The notes beneath the pieces were generated by a model, which was not told the origin of the DNA, did not search any database, and saw nothing but the letters and a program-made list of their open reading frames with translations. Positions 1 through 10,693 of a stretch of 64,000 nucleotides of DNA are shown here, one piece after another. Both the position numbers and the translations under genes were made by a program. Every line of letters begins with the position of its first letter. Within the stretch, counting starts at the first letter, position 1. Source of the stretch: Cyanophora paradoxa CCMP329. Lineage: Eukaryota; Plantae; Glaucophyta. The stretch covers positions 124,001 to 188,000 of the forward strand of contig QPMI01000157.1 in assembly GCA_004431415.1 (NCBI GenBank), written 5' to 3'.

Positions 1-655
1 TACTGTAAAGTTTTTCGACAAGCTCCAAGATTTTGCCTACAACTACAATAATACCATCCACTCAGCAACGGGGATGAAACCAGCAGAGACCACAGAGGTA
101 CATGTTCCTCTAATACTCGCAAAAGAAAACGAGAAATTCATGAAGTCAATTGAATATCTAAAAGACTATCCAGCAGGGAGCCACGTGAGAACTAAAATAG
201 AGAAGAGCCCATTTGCCAAACAAGGGAATAATTGGAGCCGCGAAATATTCACAATAGAAGGAGTGGAGGGGTTCAAATTCAAATTAAGGGACATTTCTGG
301 CAAACTAATAGATCGACTTTATGCCCACTATGAATTACAGAAAGTGGAAGCCGTGGAGTTCTTGGAAGCCCCATCAATTAATGTCATTGAAGAGGCAAAG
401 AAAGAGGCCAGAACAGAGCGACTGTTGGCCAGAGAGGGAATTGAGAGGGCTCCAAACGTGCCAGATAAACCATTATTGGAGGACAGAGCAGGGAAGAAGA
501 AGAAACAAGGGAGAGAGTTGGAAAGATTGAGGGTGGCAGGGACAGAGAGATTAGCAGGGGGAGCAGAGGCAGTAAGGTGGTATAGAGATTTCTCGAATTC
601 AAAGGAGACCTATGAAGCTCCAGCAATTTCCACGAGATCAAGGAGGAGGATTTGA
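1..655 (+). CDS. Retroviral-type (rve) integrase, C-terminal part (PLV copy 1)
   Basis: Translation matches the C-terminus of ORF 39892-41259 with only ~2 amino acid differences. Confidence 0.93.
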   Translation, partial: TVKFFDKLQDFAYNYNNTIHSATGMKPAETTEVHVPLILAKENEKFMKSIEYLKDYPAGSHVRTKIEKSPFAKQGNNWSREIFTIEGVEGFKFKLRDISGKLIDRLYAHYELQKVEAVEFLEAPSINVIEEAKKEARTERLLAREGIERAPNVPDKPLLEDRAGKKKKQGRELERLRVAGTERLAGGAEAVRWYRDFSNSKETYEAPAISTRSRRRI

Positions 656-1303
656 GCAGAGAGGAGGATGGGGGGATGGGGGGATGGGAAACCCATCCCC
701 TTGTACTCGAATAGAAAATTTCAAAAAACAAAAACAAAATTTGTTTTCTGAGAAAAGTCCCATCCCCCTGACTGAGTCCCATCCCCCTCCCATCCCCCTG
801 ACCAGATATCGTCACAAATCAACCAAATTTCATACATTTTCCCATCCCCCTGCCATCCCCTCTGCCATCCCTCCCATCCCCCTGCCATCCCCTCAAACCA
901 CCCTTTTACCAGACACTCCCATTCCCCTTCCATCCCCCTGACTATTCAAGATATCTGTTTAAGAGAAAATGTAAAGAAATGAAAAGATGAATGGCAGTCT
1001 TAATTATGGATAGAGGCAGGAGAGGCAGGAGGGTTATATGTAAAATCCCACACAAGAGGGGATTCCTTAGGAAAGTTTACAAATAACCCTCCTGCCTCTC
1101 CTGCCTAATTGGTGCCGAATCCAAGCTTCTAATACCCCAGAGGCGGCCAACATACTGGTGCCAAAAAGACATGATTAATACCCTAAGACCTGAAATAAAT
1201 GCTTACTACCCTAGTACCTGAAACGCGCACACATAGGGATACCCCTGATCCAAGCCTGTAGGCCGAAGGCCGGAGGGCTTGGATCAGGGGTATCCCTATG
1301 TGT
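1..1303 (+). mobile_element. Right end of endogenous Polinton-like virus, copy 1 (truncated by window start)
   Basis: Nearly identical to 40604-41939 (integrase 3' part plus right terminal region). Ends in the same 28-bp hairpin ...CCCTATGTGT at 1303, followed by an abrupt switch to GC-rich LINE sequence. Confidence 0.95.
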
Positions 1304-3893
1304 TACGGCCTGAAGCTCATGACCCTGAGCGAGAGTCAGTGCCAGGAACTTGATCGCATTTGGATGCGGGTCGTCAAGCACCACGGGAACCTCGCCGCCT
1401 CGACGACGAATTACGCGATCTGGAGCCACGGGGGGTACAGCCTCAAACGAACAGCCCACCTGCAAGCGGAGGCGCAAATCACAGAGGCTCAGATCCGGCT
1501 CTGCGCGCCAGAGGGCTCGCTGCTGGCCCGGGTTGTACGGCACCGGGTGCGCGCGCTGCAGGAGAAGCTTGGGGTGCCTCTGCTCCCGACCGAGTTCCTA
1601 AACGCGCCCGTCTCCAGCGACCTCGCCCGCAGAAACGCCCTGGCGGCGATCATGCCGCAGATGCAGCGCCGTAAGTACCGGCTGATGTCGAATCACGCGC
1701 GCTACGCGGCGTTCCGCACCTTGCCCGGGGCGAAGCCTTGGCCTGACCCGGAGCGCCTCGACCGGCGCTACGTCGTGGCAATGCACATCCCAAGAGCCGT
1801 CTTCAGCGTTGCAGCCCCTGCCCTGTACGGGGCGGGCGTGACGACCATGGACGCGGTGACAGCAGCGGACGGCGAGACCTTGCGAACCTGGCAGGACCTG
1901 TACATGGGTGCGCCCAAGGGGACGCTGCAGAAGAGCGAGCCTGCGTGGTGGCGTGAGGTGGCGAACGCGATCACGGTTGACGGGAAGAAGCTGCGGCACC
2001 CGATGCGGCGGGCGGGAGAGCGCGCGTCAGCCATGGCCTCGCTCCTCAGCGGGGCCCGGAAGGTGAAGTGGACGAAGGGCGCGTTCGTAGCCGTGTTTGA
2101 GGCGGAGCAGCTGCATGACGAATCTGCCGAGCCCCACGTGGGGCGAGTCATTACGTTCAAGTCCACGACGGGCAGCATACTAGCGTCGGAGTACCTGCTG
2201 GAGCACTGGGTGCCGGTGCCGAAGGGTGCGGACCCCGACGCGGAGAAAGAGGGACTCTACTGCCGGTGCGACGGTCACTGCCGGCACCCCGAAATAGAGG
2301 GGCGGACGAGCACGTACACAGCAGTGCAGGGGACAGGAAAGCAGTACTGGCACCATGACGACCGGTGCACGCGCAATGCTCCGTCGCGCTGCCCCGAAAT
2401 GAGTCAGTGCGACGGCTCGTGGGCGCACGGGAAGGGCTGGTGGGAGGAGGAGGATACCCTCCTTGCCTTGGAAGGCGAACCGACGGAGGAGACGCCGGCG
2501 GTAGCGGCGGGGCAGGAGACGATGTCGAAGCGCGGGCGCAAGCAGGTCGCCCTGCGACCGACCTTGGAGTACTACGACCCGGGCCTGCGCACGCAAGACG
2601 ACGAGAAACGCAGGGCGCTGCTTCTCCAGGCCCGCGTGAAAGCCGTCCAAGATGGTGACGAGCGCTTCCTCCGAGAGCAGCTGAGCCCGGAGGCCGAGGC
2701 CGCGCTGCAGGCCGCGCTGGAAGTAGCTGCGGCGGCGGTGCCGGGAGCCGAGCCGCGGGACGAGGCACAACCTGTGTCCGACTCAGCAGAGCAAAGCGAG
2801 CTCTATTACGCGGGCGGAGCGCCGCGCCACTGGGACTCCCGGGCGGCGCAGGAAGGGGTCACCCTCACCGTTTACTGGCAGCACATGCTGGCAAATTGGG
2901 AGCAGATCGAAGAGGCGGAACTCGCGAAGCTCGGCCGTCGCCCGGGGAAACTCGAGCAGTGGATATGGACGGACGGGAGCCTGAAGAAGGGTCAGACGGA
3001 AGGGGCGCACGCGGGCCTCGGCGTCGTGAGCCCGGCAGAGTTCCCGGACGGGACCGTGGCGAACCACCCGGAATGGGCAGGCACGTACGTTGGCAGGCTG
3101 CGCGGGCTTCAAGAGAACAACAAGGCTGAGCTCCAGGCTGCGATCGTCGCAGACGTGCTCGCGGCGCAGGGGGTGCGCCTGCACACGGACAGTCAGAACG
3201 TCTGCACGTGGTTCGATAAGTTCGTGCTGAATGCGCACGATATGCACATGCGAGACTACATCCGGAACACGTGCAGCGCTGAGCTGTACGCGTGGTCCAA
3301 GTTCCGCGCCCTGGTGATGGCCATGGGACGGGATCGGCAGCGGCCGGCTGCGGTTATCAAGGTCAAGGCGCACAGCGACGAGGATATGCACGAGCTAAAC
3401 GACGCCGCCGACAGAGCGGCCGATCAAGGCGCGCACCTGGAACAGGAGGAACTGGACGAGAACATCTTCCTGCCGCCCGAGTTCAGCATGCCGGCAGTGC
3501 TGACGATCGAGGGACCGACCGGGATAGTCAGGCGAGTCGAAGGCGACCCCCGGCGGCACGCCGCTGTGCTTCACGCGCACCACACGCACTTCGCGTGGAC
3601 GAACCAGCTCAAGGCCGGGGAGTGGCTACGGCTGCCAGTGGACCATGGGGCCGTGTACGATCAGATGGCTATGGGGCCCCGCCGAGTCGGGGTGAGCCGG
3701 GAGAGCAACTGCTTCCGGGGTACGCACATGAAACTCGTGATGGGTACGGTGGCGACGGCCCTCGTCCGCAAGCGAGACGCGCCCGAGCTCTACAGCGAAG
3801 TGAACCCGGCAGGACTCTGTGCGCTCTGCAGCACGCGGGAAATCGATGGCGAAGGCCGGCCCCGGCTTGTGACTGGACCCGAGGAGACGCTGG
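1304..3893 (+). pseudogene. Non-LTR retrotransposon polyprotein, middle part including RNase H
   Basis: Part of ORF 1298-4165. Its ATG lies inside the PLV terminus and its last ~90 codons are read-through into the inserted TIR. Confidence 0.85.
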
Positions 3894-6399
3894 TAGATCG
3901 TCACTTTTGGCTCCAGGTACGTTCGGTACAAAATAGGTACAAAATAGGTACGTTGTCGTACCAGATTCGTACCGCCCACTGTACCGTGCACCGACGGTAC
4001 GGCGGGTGTACCGTCGGTGCGTTTGGTACGCGGCGGACTCGTTCGGTACACGTCGGTACGCTGCCGTACCGTCGGTACGCGTCGGTTCACGGCACCGTGT
4101 CCAAGCTGCACCAGAACGCACCGCCGGGAGCCAAAAGTGACGATCGGAGCCGCGCACCGGACTAGCGTACCAGTATACGTATATATACGTATATAGATGC
4201 GTACGCCGGCGGAGGGCGTCATTCCCCGCCGGCGCCGCGCCCACTTCTCAGCCCGGCTACTAGAGAGCCATGGCTAGCCCAGTTCTCGCCCAGCTAGCAG
4301 AACTAGAGATCTAGAGCCAGATCGCCACCAAAGATTTGCCAGGCTGGCTCTGGCGTACGCGTTCTGGCTAGAAATATATTTAAGCGTGGTATCTGATTCT
4401 TTGGGGGATGATCTATTTATCTATCTATCTACGATTCTGACTGTGAATACATCTTACTGGCCGCTGGTGGGCTCGTCTAGGCTGCACACACTGAAATTGA
4501 AACTGAAATTCTCTGCCTGCCGATTCTGACTGCGAATTCATCTGACTGTTCGATGGCGAACTCAACTAGGCTGTACAAACTGAAACGGAAACTGAAACTG
4601 AGTTTCGCTGCCTGCCGCTCCTCTGCATAGCCTAGCGGCGGCTACGCAAAAGTATGCGTGCGGGCCAGCAAGGAAAGGGACCGGGGGGGACGCGACTAGG
4701 GATTCACGTGGGAGGGGAGGGCGTGAAGCGATGCGGCCCGCGCGCGCTGTAGGTCGTGCGGCACCTCGCCGAGCCCGCTGCGCTGTGCGCATCGCGGTTA
4801 GCGAGCACTCGAATCGAGGCGGGATCGAACGGGCCGCTGTGCACCTCGGCCAGGAGAGGGAGCAGCAGACCGGCTCGAGCTTGCCCCGCGGCCAGGATCC
4901 CCGCGACCGCGACCGCGAGGGCGAGGGCGACGCGCTCGCTGCGCTCGGAGAGTCAATCGAAAGAAAAGAAGCGTGCGCGCCGGCAAACGACCGCACCTGC
5001 GCCCGAGCGGCCGCAAGCATGAACTTCGAGAGCGCCAGCAGCCACACGTCCGGCGGAGAGCGGCATGCGCTGCGCTGCGCACGTCGCCGGTGTTACAACA
5101 AGATCAATGGGCAAGCAGCGGAGACAAGAGCGAGCACCTGGCCTGCGGAAGAAGTCGCCAAGCGAACTGGGCGGTGGTCTTCTGCTCGCGGGGATCAGTC
5201 ACGCCCGCTCCCTGGCCCGCCAGCGGAGTGAGGGATTGAATCAAAGGAGAGGAAACGAAAAGCACCTTGCTTCGCCTCCGCAGCCACCGCCTACGTGCCG
5301 CGCGTGCCTGTCAGCGGCAGAACGCTCATTGGCGACAGCCGCGGGAGGAATGGACAACAAAGGCAACAAGGAGGTCGACAGCGATGCGTTCGCGAGCGTT
5401 CGCGGCCGCAACTGGGAGCCAGCCGCCCTGAAGCAAGGCTCTGCGTTTGAAATCAGGCGGGCGACAGGCGGCGAGAGGGGCAGAGGATGCAAGAAAGTAC
5501 CTTCGAGCATCGTTCGCGCTTGAAGCTGACGATGTTCGCTGCGGCGCCGCGGCGGCAGCAAGTCCGTTCGACCTGGTTTGAAAAGCGGCATCAGAGACGC
5601 GGGCAGCGCTGCGAGACCCCGGAGGAGCCAACGAACCGACCCGCTGTGAGAGTGAAGCGCGTCCGCGCGGCAGCCTTCCGTCGAGGCTGCAGCTGCTGGC
5701 AGCAAGGCATTTGAAGGCAGCAAGTTTGGGGTACACGACTGATGGGGGAAAAAGGCTTGCGAGGCCCACAGCGGCAGGGCCGCCGCGGCAGCCGCGCCGT
5801 AGTACAGCTTGTCGAGGCCACCTGAAGCGAATGCCAGCGGCTCTTGCGGTCCTCGCTCGCAGCGCCGCCCGCTGCGGCAACTTCGCGGGTGCTCGCAGCA
5901 CGCAGCGCGCGGCAGCTACGAGCATGCGAGCTTGTAACTACGGGTCCAGCTCCCCCCGTGGCGTCGTCCTTGCGCCGCGCCGATCTACATCTAGATCGAC
6001 CCGGCCCGCAACCCCGCGCCGGGCGACTTCGCCGCGCTGGCCGGCTTCTTTGCGTGGCTTTCAGCTCACTTACATCTGCAGTATCTCTACTAGACAGCCC
6101 CGCGGTCGATTTGGAGGGTTGAGGTGCACGCCGGCCGTGGATGCGGTTCTGGTCGCCGGCGGAGCTCTCTCGCATGTTTCGGTGCATAGAGCGTTTCTTT
6201 GAGATGCTAACACAGTGCCTCTGACTCTGGACTGGCAGGACGTTGCGTGAGCGCGCGGACCGACGCAACCTCCCGATCGGCGGTCGCCTCGGGTGCGCCT
6301 GCCAAGCACAGCATTGGGCCAGCGACGCGCGAGCGCGTGGCTGAAGAGGCCCAGACCGCCGGGATGGGTGAGCCGGCTCGGATCGTCGCAGTTTGGGAG
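3894..6399 (+). repeat. Left ~2.5-kb terminal inverted repeat of foldback element
   Basis: Reverse complement of ~10694-13193 with few differences. Confidence 0.92.
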
Positions 6400-6619
6400 A
6401 CATTCTTCTACACTGCCTAGGTGAGCTGGCTGGGCCCGTGCGCGTCGCTGACGGGACGCGTACGCGTCGCTAACGGGGCGCGCCGGTAACGCAGGGGGTG
6501 CGGCAGGTGGGGACGCCGCTCGCGGGGCGGGGCGGATCTGGAGGCGCGGCAGGCGGCCCCGTGACTTCCAGGATAGGGCGGAGGCGCTTCCTGCGGTGCT
6601 GCGGGTCACAGAGCGGAGC

Positions 6620-7980
6620 GGAGGCGGGCGGAGGCGCGGCGGGCGGCCGCGCGGCTCTCCGGGCGATGCAAAGGCGCGGCGGCCGGCCGCGCGGCTCGCC
6701 GGGCGGGACGGAGGCGCGGCGGGCGGCGGCGGCGGCTCGCCGGGCGATGCAGAGGCGCGGCGGGCCGCCGCGCGGCTCGCCGGGCGGGACGGAGGCGCGG
6801 CGGGCGGCCGCGCGGCTCGACGGGCGGGGCAGAGGCGCGGCGGGCGGCCGCGCGGCTCGCGGGGCGGAACGGAGGCGCGGCGGGCGGCCGCGCGGCTCTC
6901 GGGGCGCGGCAGAGGCGCGGCGGGCGGCCGCGCGGCTCGTGGGCGGGGCGGAGGCGCGGCGGGCGGCGGCGAGGCTCGCGGGGCGGGACGAATACGCGGC
7001 GGGCAGCGGCGGCGGCTCGCGGGGCGGGGCGGAGGCGCGGCGGGCGGAGGCGCGGCGGGCGGCCGCGCGGCTCGTGGGGCGGGCGGAGGCGCGGCGGGCG
7101 GCCGCGCGGCTCGTGGGGCGGGGCGGAGGCGCGGCGGGCGGCCGCGCGGCTCGTGGGGCGGGGCGGAGGCGCGGCGGGCGGCCGCGCGGCTCGGCGGGCG
7201 GGGCGGAGGCGCGGCGGGCGGCGGCGGCGGCTCGCTGGGAGGGGCGGAGGCGCGGCGGGCAGCGGCGGCGGCTCGCGGGCGGGGCGGAGGCGCGGCGGGC
7301 GGCCGCGCGGCTCGTGGGGCGGGGCGGAGGCGCGGCGGGCGGCCGCGCGGCTCGTGGGGCGGGGTGGAGGCGCGGCGGGCGGCCGCGCGGCTCGACGGGC
7401 GGGGCAGAGGCGCGGCGGGCGGCCGCGCGGCTCGCGGGGCGGAACGGAGGCGCGGCGGGCGGCCGCGCGGCTCTCGGGGCGCGGCAGAGGCGCGGCGGGC
7501 GGCCGCGCGGCTCGTGGGGCGGGTGGAGGCGCGGCGGGCGGCGGCGGCGGCTCGCGGGGCGGGGCGGAGGCGGGGCGGGCGGCCGCGCGGCTCGCGGGGC
7601 GGAACGGAGGCGCGGCGGGCGGCCGCGCGGCTCTCGGGGCGCGGCAGAGGCGCGGCGGGCGGCCGCGCGGCTCGTGGGGCGGGGCGGAGGCGCGGCGGGC
7701 GGCGGCGGCGGCTCGCGGGGCGGGGCGGAGGCGGGCGGGCGGCCGCGCGGCTCGTGGGGCGGCGGAGGCGCGGCGGGCGGCCGCGCGGCTCGACGGGCGG
7801 GGCGGAGGCGCGGCAGGCGGCGGCGGCGGCTTGCAGGGAGGGGCGGAGGCGCGGCGGGCGGCCGCGCGGCTCGGCGGGCGGGGCGGAGGCGCGGCGGGCG
7901 GCCGCGCGGCTCGCTGGGAGGGGCGGAGGCGCGGCGGGCGGCGGCGGCGGTTCGCAGGGAGGGGCGGAGGCGCGGCGGGC
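6620..7980 (+). repeat. GC-rich minisatellite, ~40-bp unit (GCGGAGGCGCGGCGGGCGGCCGCGCGGCTCGTGGGGCGGG)
   Basis: Tandem degenerate copies. A related, more degenerate array lies in the opposite orientation at ~9730-10320. Confidence 0.9.
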
Positions 7981-8087
7981 GTTTGCGGCGGGCGTTATCC
8001 TCAGCGCGGCGACTTCGCACTTCTTTGCACATGAGTCTCTAGCTGCCATCAAAAGGATACTGAGTTACTAAGTTAATGGCACATGTG

Positions 8088-9723
8088 AGCGCCCTCGACC
8101 TGACTCCTTCGCGTCGTTCGGGGCCGCGACTGCCCCCAAATATGCACCCCGCCCAATTTGAGGGCGGGGAATCCGAATCTGACGCTCCTACAAGCTCGTT
8201 CGTGCTCCTAAGCTCGGCGCGGGGAGCTTGCAATTCTTTGCACATGATCATGAGTCTCTTCACGCGATAAAAGAATATATACTGAGTAAGTAGCACCGAT
8301 GAGCGCCCGTAGACGATATCAGTGCTTGCAACTGTACATGCAGAGTATTTGACTCGAAGCTCAGGTCGCCCGGGCGCAGCTGCGGCGGGGAACAACTCCC
8401 AAATAGAGTTTTCCCGAGATCAATTTTGAGAGCCGATTCCCAGTACGCCCGTGCCTCTCTAGCTCACTTGCCGGCGGATGCGAGTCATTCAGTAGCGTCT
8501 TAGACAGGGCCTCGACGTGCCTACCGGCTGCCGGGCTTCTACTCGCACGCCCTGCCGCGCGGGAAGATCCTGAACAGCCCGCCAAAACTTATGGCGACTC
8601 GCCCTCCAAAATAATGCGCCGCGCGCTACGAGCTAGCCCCGGGCCTCCGGCGACCTCAGAATCAAATCCAGCACCTTCAAGAACCCCCGGGAGCGTCTCC
8701 GCACCCGGATGTAACTTGTCAGATAAGATGTTTTACTTGGTGATATTTGCCGACTAGGCCCCTTGGTACATGGTGGCAGGTTGGCAGTCTCAAGTAGCGC
8801 CCTCGACCTGACTCCTTCGCGTCGTTCGGGGCCGCGACTGCCCCCAAATATGCACCCCGCCCAATTTGAGGGCGGGGAATCCGAATCTGACGCTCCTACA
8901 AGCTCGTTCGTGCTCCTAAGCTCGGCGCGGCGAGCTTGCAATTCTTTGCACATGATCATGAGTCTCTTCACGCGATAAAAGAATATATACTGAGTAAGTA
9001 GCACCGATGAGCGCCCGTAGACGATATCAGTGCTTGCAACTGTACATGCAGAGTATTTGACTCGAAGCTCAGGTCGCCCGGGCGCAGCTGCGGCGGGGAA
9101 CAACTCCCAAATAGAGTTTTTCCCGAGATCAATTTTGAGAGCCGATTCCCAGTACGCCGTGCCTCTCTAGCTCACTTGCCGGCGGATGCGAGTCATTCAG
9201 TAGCGTCTTAGACAGGGCCTCGACGTGCCTACCGGCTGCCGGGCTTCTACTCGCACGCCCTGCCGCGCGGGAAGATCCTGAACAGCCCGCCAAAACTTAT
9301 GGCGACTCGCCCTCCAAAATAATGCGCCGCGCGCTACGAGCTAGCCCCGGGCCTCCGGCGACCTCAGAATCAAATCCAGCACCTTCAAGAACCCCCGGGA
9401 GCGTCTCCGCGCCCGGATGTAACTTGTCAGATAAGATGTTTTACTTGGTGATATTTGCCGACTAGGCCCCTTGGTGGCAGGTTGGCAGTCTCAAGTAGCG
9501 CCCTCGACCTGACTCCTTCGCGTCGTTCGGGGCCGCGACTGCCCCCAAATATGCACCCCGCCCAATTTGAGGGCGGGGAATCCGAATCTGACGCTCCTAC
9601 AAGCTCGTTCGTGCTCCTAAGCTCGGCGCGGCGAGCTTGCAATTCTTTGCACATGATCATGAGTCTCTTCACGCCATAAACACATACTGAGTAAGTGGCA
9701 TCTATGAGCGCCCGGAGACGATA
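8088..9723 (+). repeat. Tandem ~705-bp repeat, 2.3 copies (units start 8088, 8796, 9497)
   Basis: AGCGCCCTCGACCTGACTCC recurs at these positions with near-identical downstream sequence. Confidence 0.9.
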
Positions 9724-10693
9724 CCGCGCCCGCCGCCGGCCGCGCCTCCTGGGGCCGCCCTGCCCGGCGAGCCGCGCCCGCCGCCCGCTGTGCCTCCGCC
9801 CCGCCCCGCCGGCCCTGTCGCCGCCCGCCGAGCCTCCGCCCCGTCCCGCCGGCCCTGTCGCCGCCCGCCGAGCCTCCTCCCCGCCCGCGGGCCCTGTCGC
9901 CGCCCGCCAAGCCTCCTCCCGGCCCGCCGGCCTGTCGCCGCCCGCCGAACCTCTGCCCCGCCCCGAGAGCCGCGTCCACCGCCCGCCGCCTGCTGCGCCT
10001 TCGCTCCGCCCGCATGCTGCGCCCGCCGCCCGCCGCGCCTCCTGAGACTCTGAGACCGCCCCGCCCGGCGAGCCGCGCGGCCGCCCGCCGCGCCTCCGGC
10101 CCGCCCAGGGAGACGCGCCGCCGCGCGCCGCGCCTCCGCCCCGCCCGCGAGCTGCCGCCGCCGCCCGCCGCGCCTCCGGTCCGCCCGGGGAGACGCGCCG
10201 CTGCCCGCCGCGCCTCCGCCCTCCCAGCGAGCCGCCGCCGCCGCCCGCCGCGCCTCCGTCCCGCCCATCGAGCCGCGCGGCCGCCCGCCGCGCCTCCGCC
10301 CTGCCCGCGAGCCGCGCGGACGGGGGGCGGCGGGGGCGGCGGGGGGCGCACGGCGGCGGCGGTGAGGGCGGCGAGGGTGCGGTCCGAGACGCCCATGCGG
10401 CTCACGTCGAGCCGCTCCAGGCTGCGCGCGCCCCGCCCGTCGGCCCAGGTTCGGCCCGGAGCGGGGCGGGGCGGGGCGGGGCGGGGCGGGGCGGGCGGGC
10501 CTTGCGGCGTGCACGGCGATCGTGAGGCCGGCCTCGTCCGCCACGCCCCTGCGCGGGGCTCGCCGGGCGCGGGGCGCACGGGCAGTCCGGGAGGAGGGCG
10601 GCGAGGCGTGGCAAGGCGCCCATGGTCGCCGCCACCGCCCCGTCCTCCAGCCACCCGCTGCCCCGCCCGCTCGCTGGCGATGTAGTAGAAGCA

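Noticed and set aside
384-941. ORFs over the CCATCCCC-rich region after the integrase (also 40988-41722)
   Set aside because: Low-complexity non-coding subterminal sequence or antisense shadow ORFs; lengths differ between the two copies.
1298-4165. 955-aa ORF as a complete gene
   Set aside because: Chimeric: the ATG comes from the PLV hairpin and the C-terminus from the foldback TIR.
4562-6403. ORFs within the foldback arms as a transposase
   Set aside because: No DDE or other recognisable motif. Overlapping ORFs occur in all frames, and indels between the arms break them.
6070-8071. Long ORFs (490-660 aa) on both strands
   Set aside because: They are translations of a stop-free GC minisatellite, giving low-complexity Arg/Ala/Pro/Gly sequence.
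8039-9679. Repeated 70-156 aa ORFs in the 705-bp tandem unit
   Set aside because: Non-ATG starts and no recognisable domain; they recur only because the DNA is repeated.
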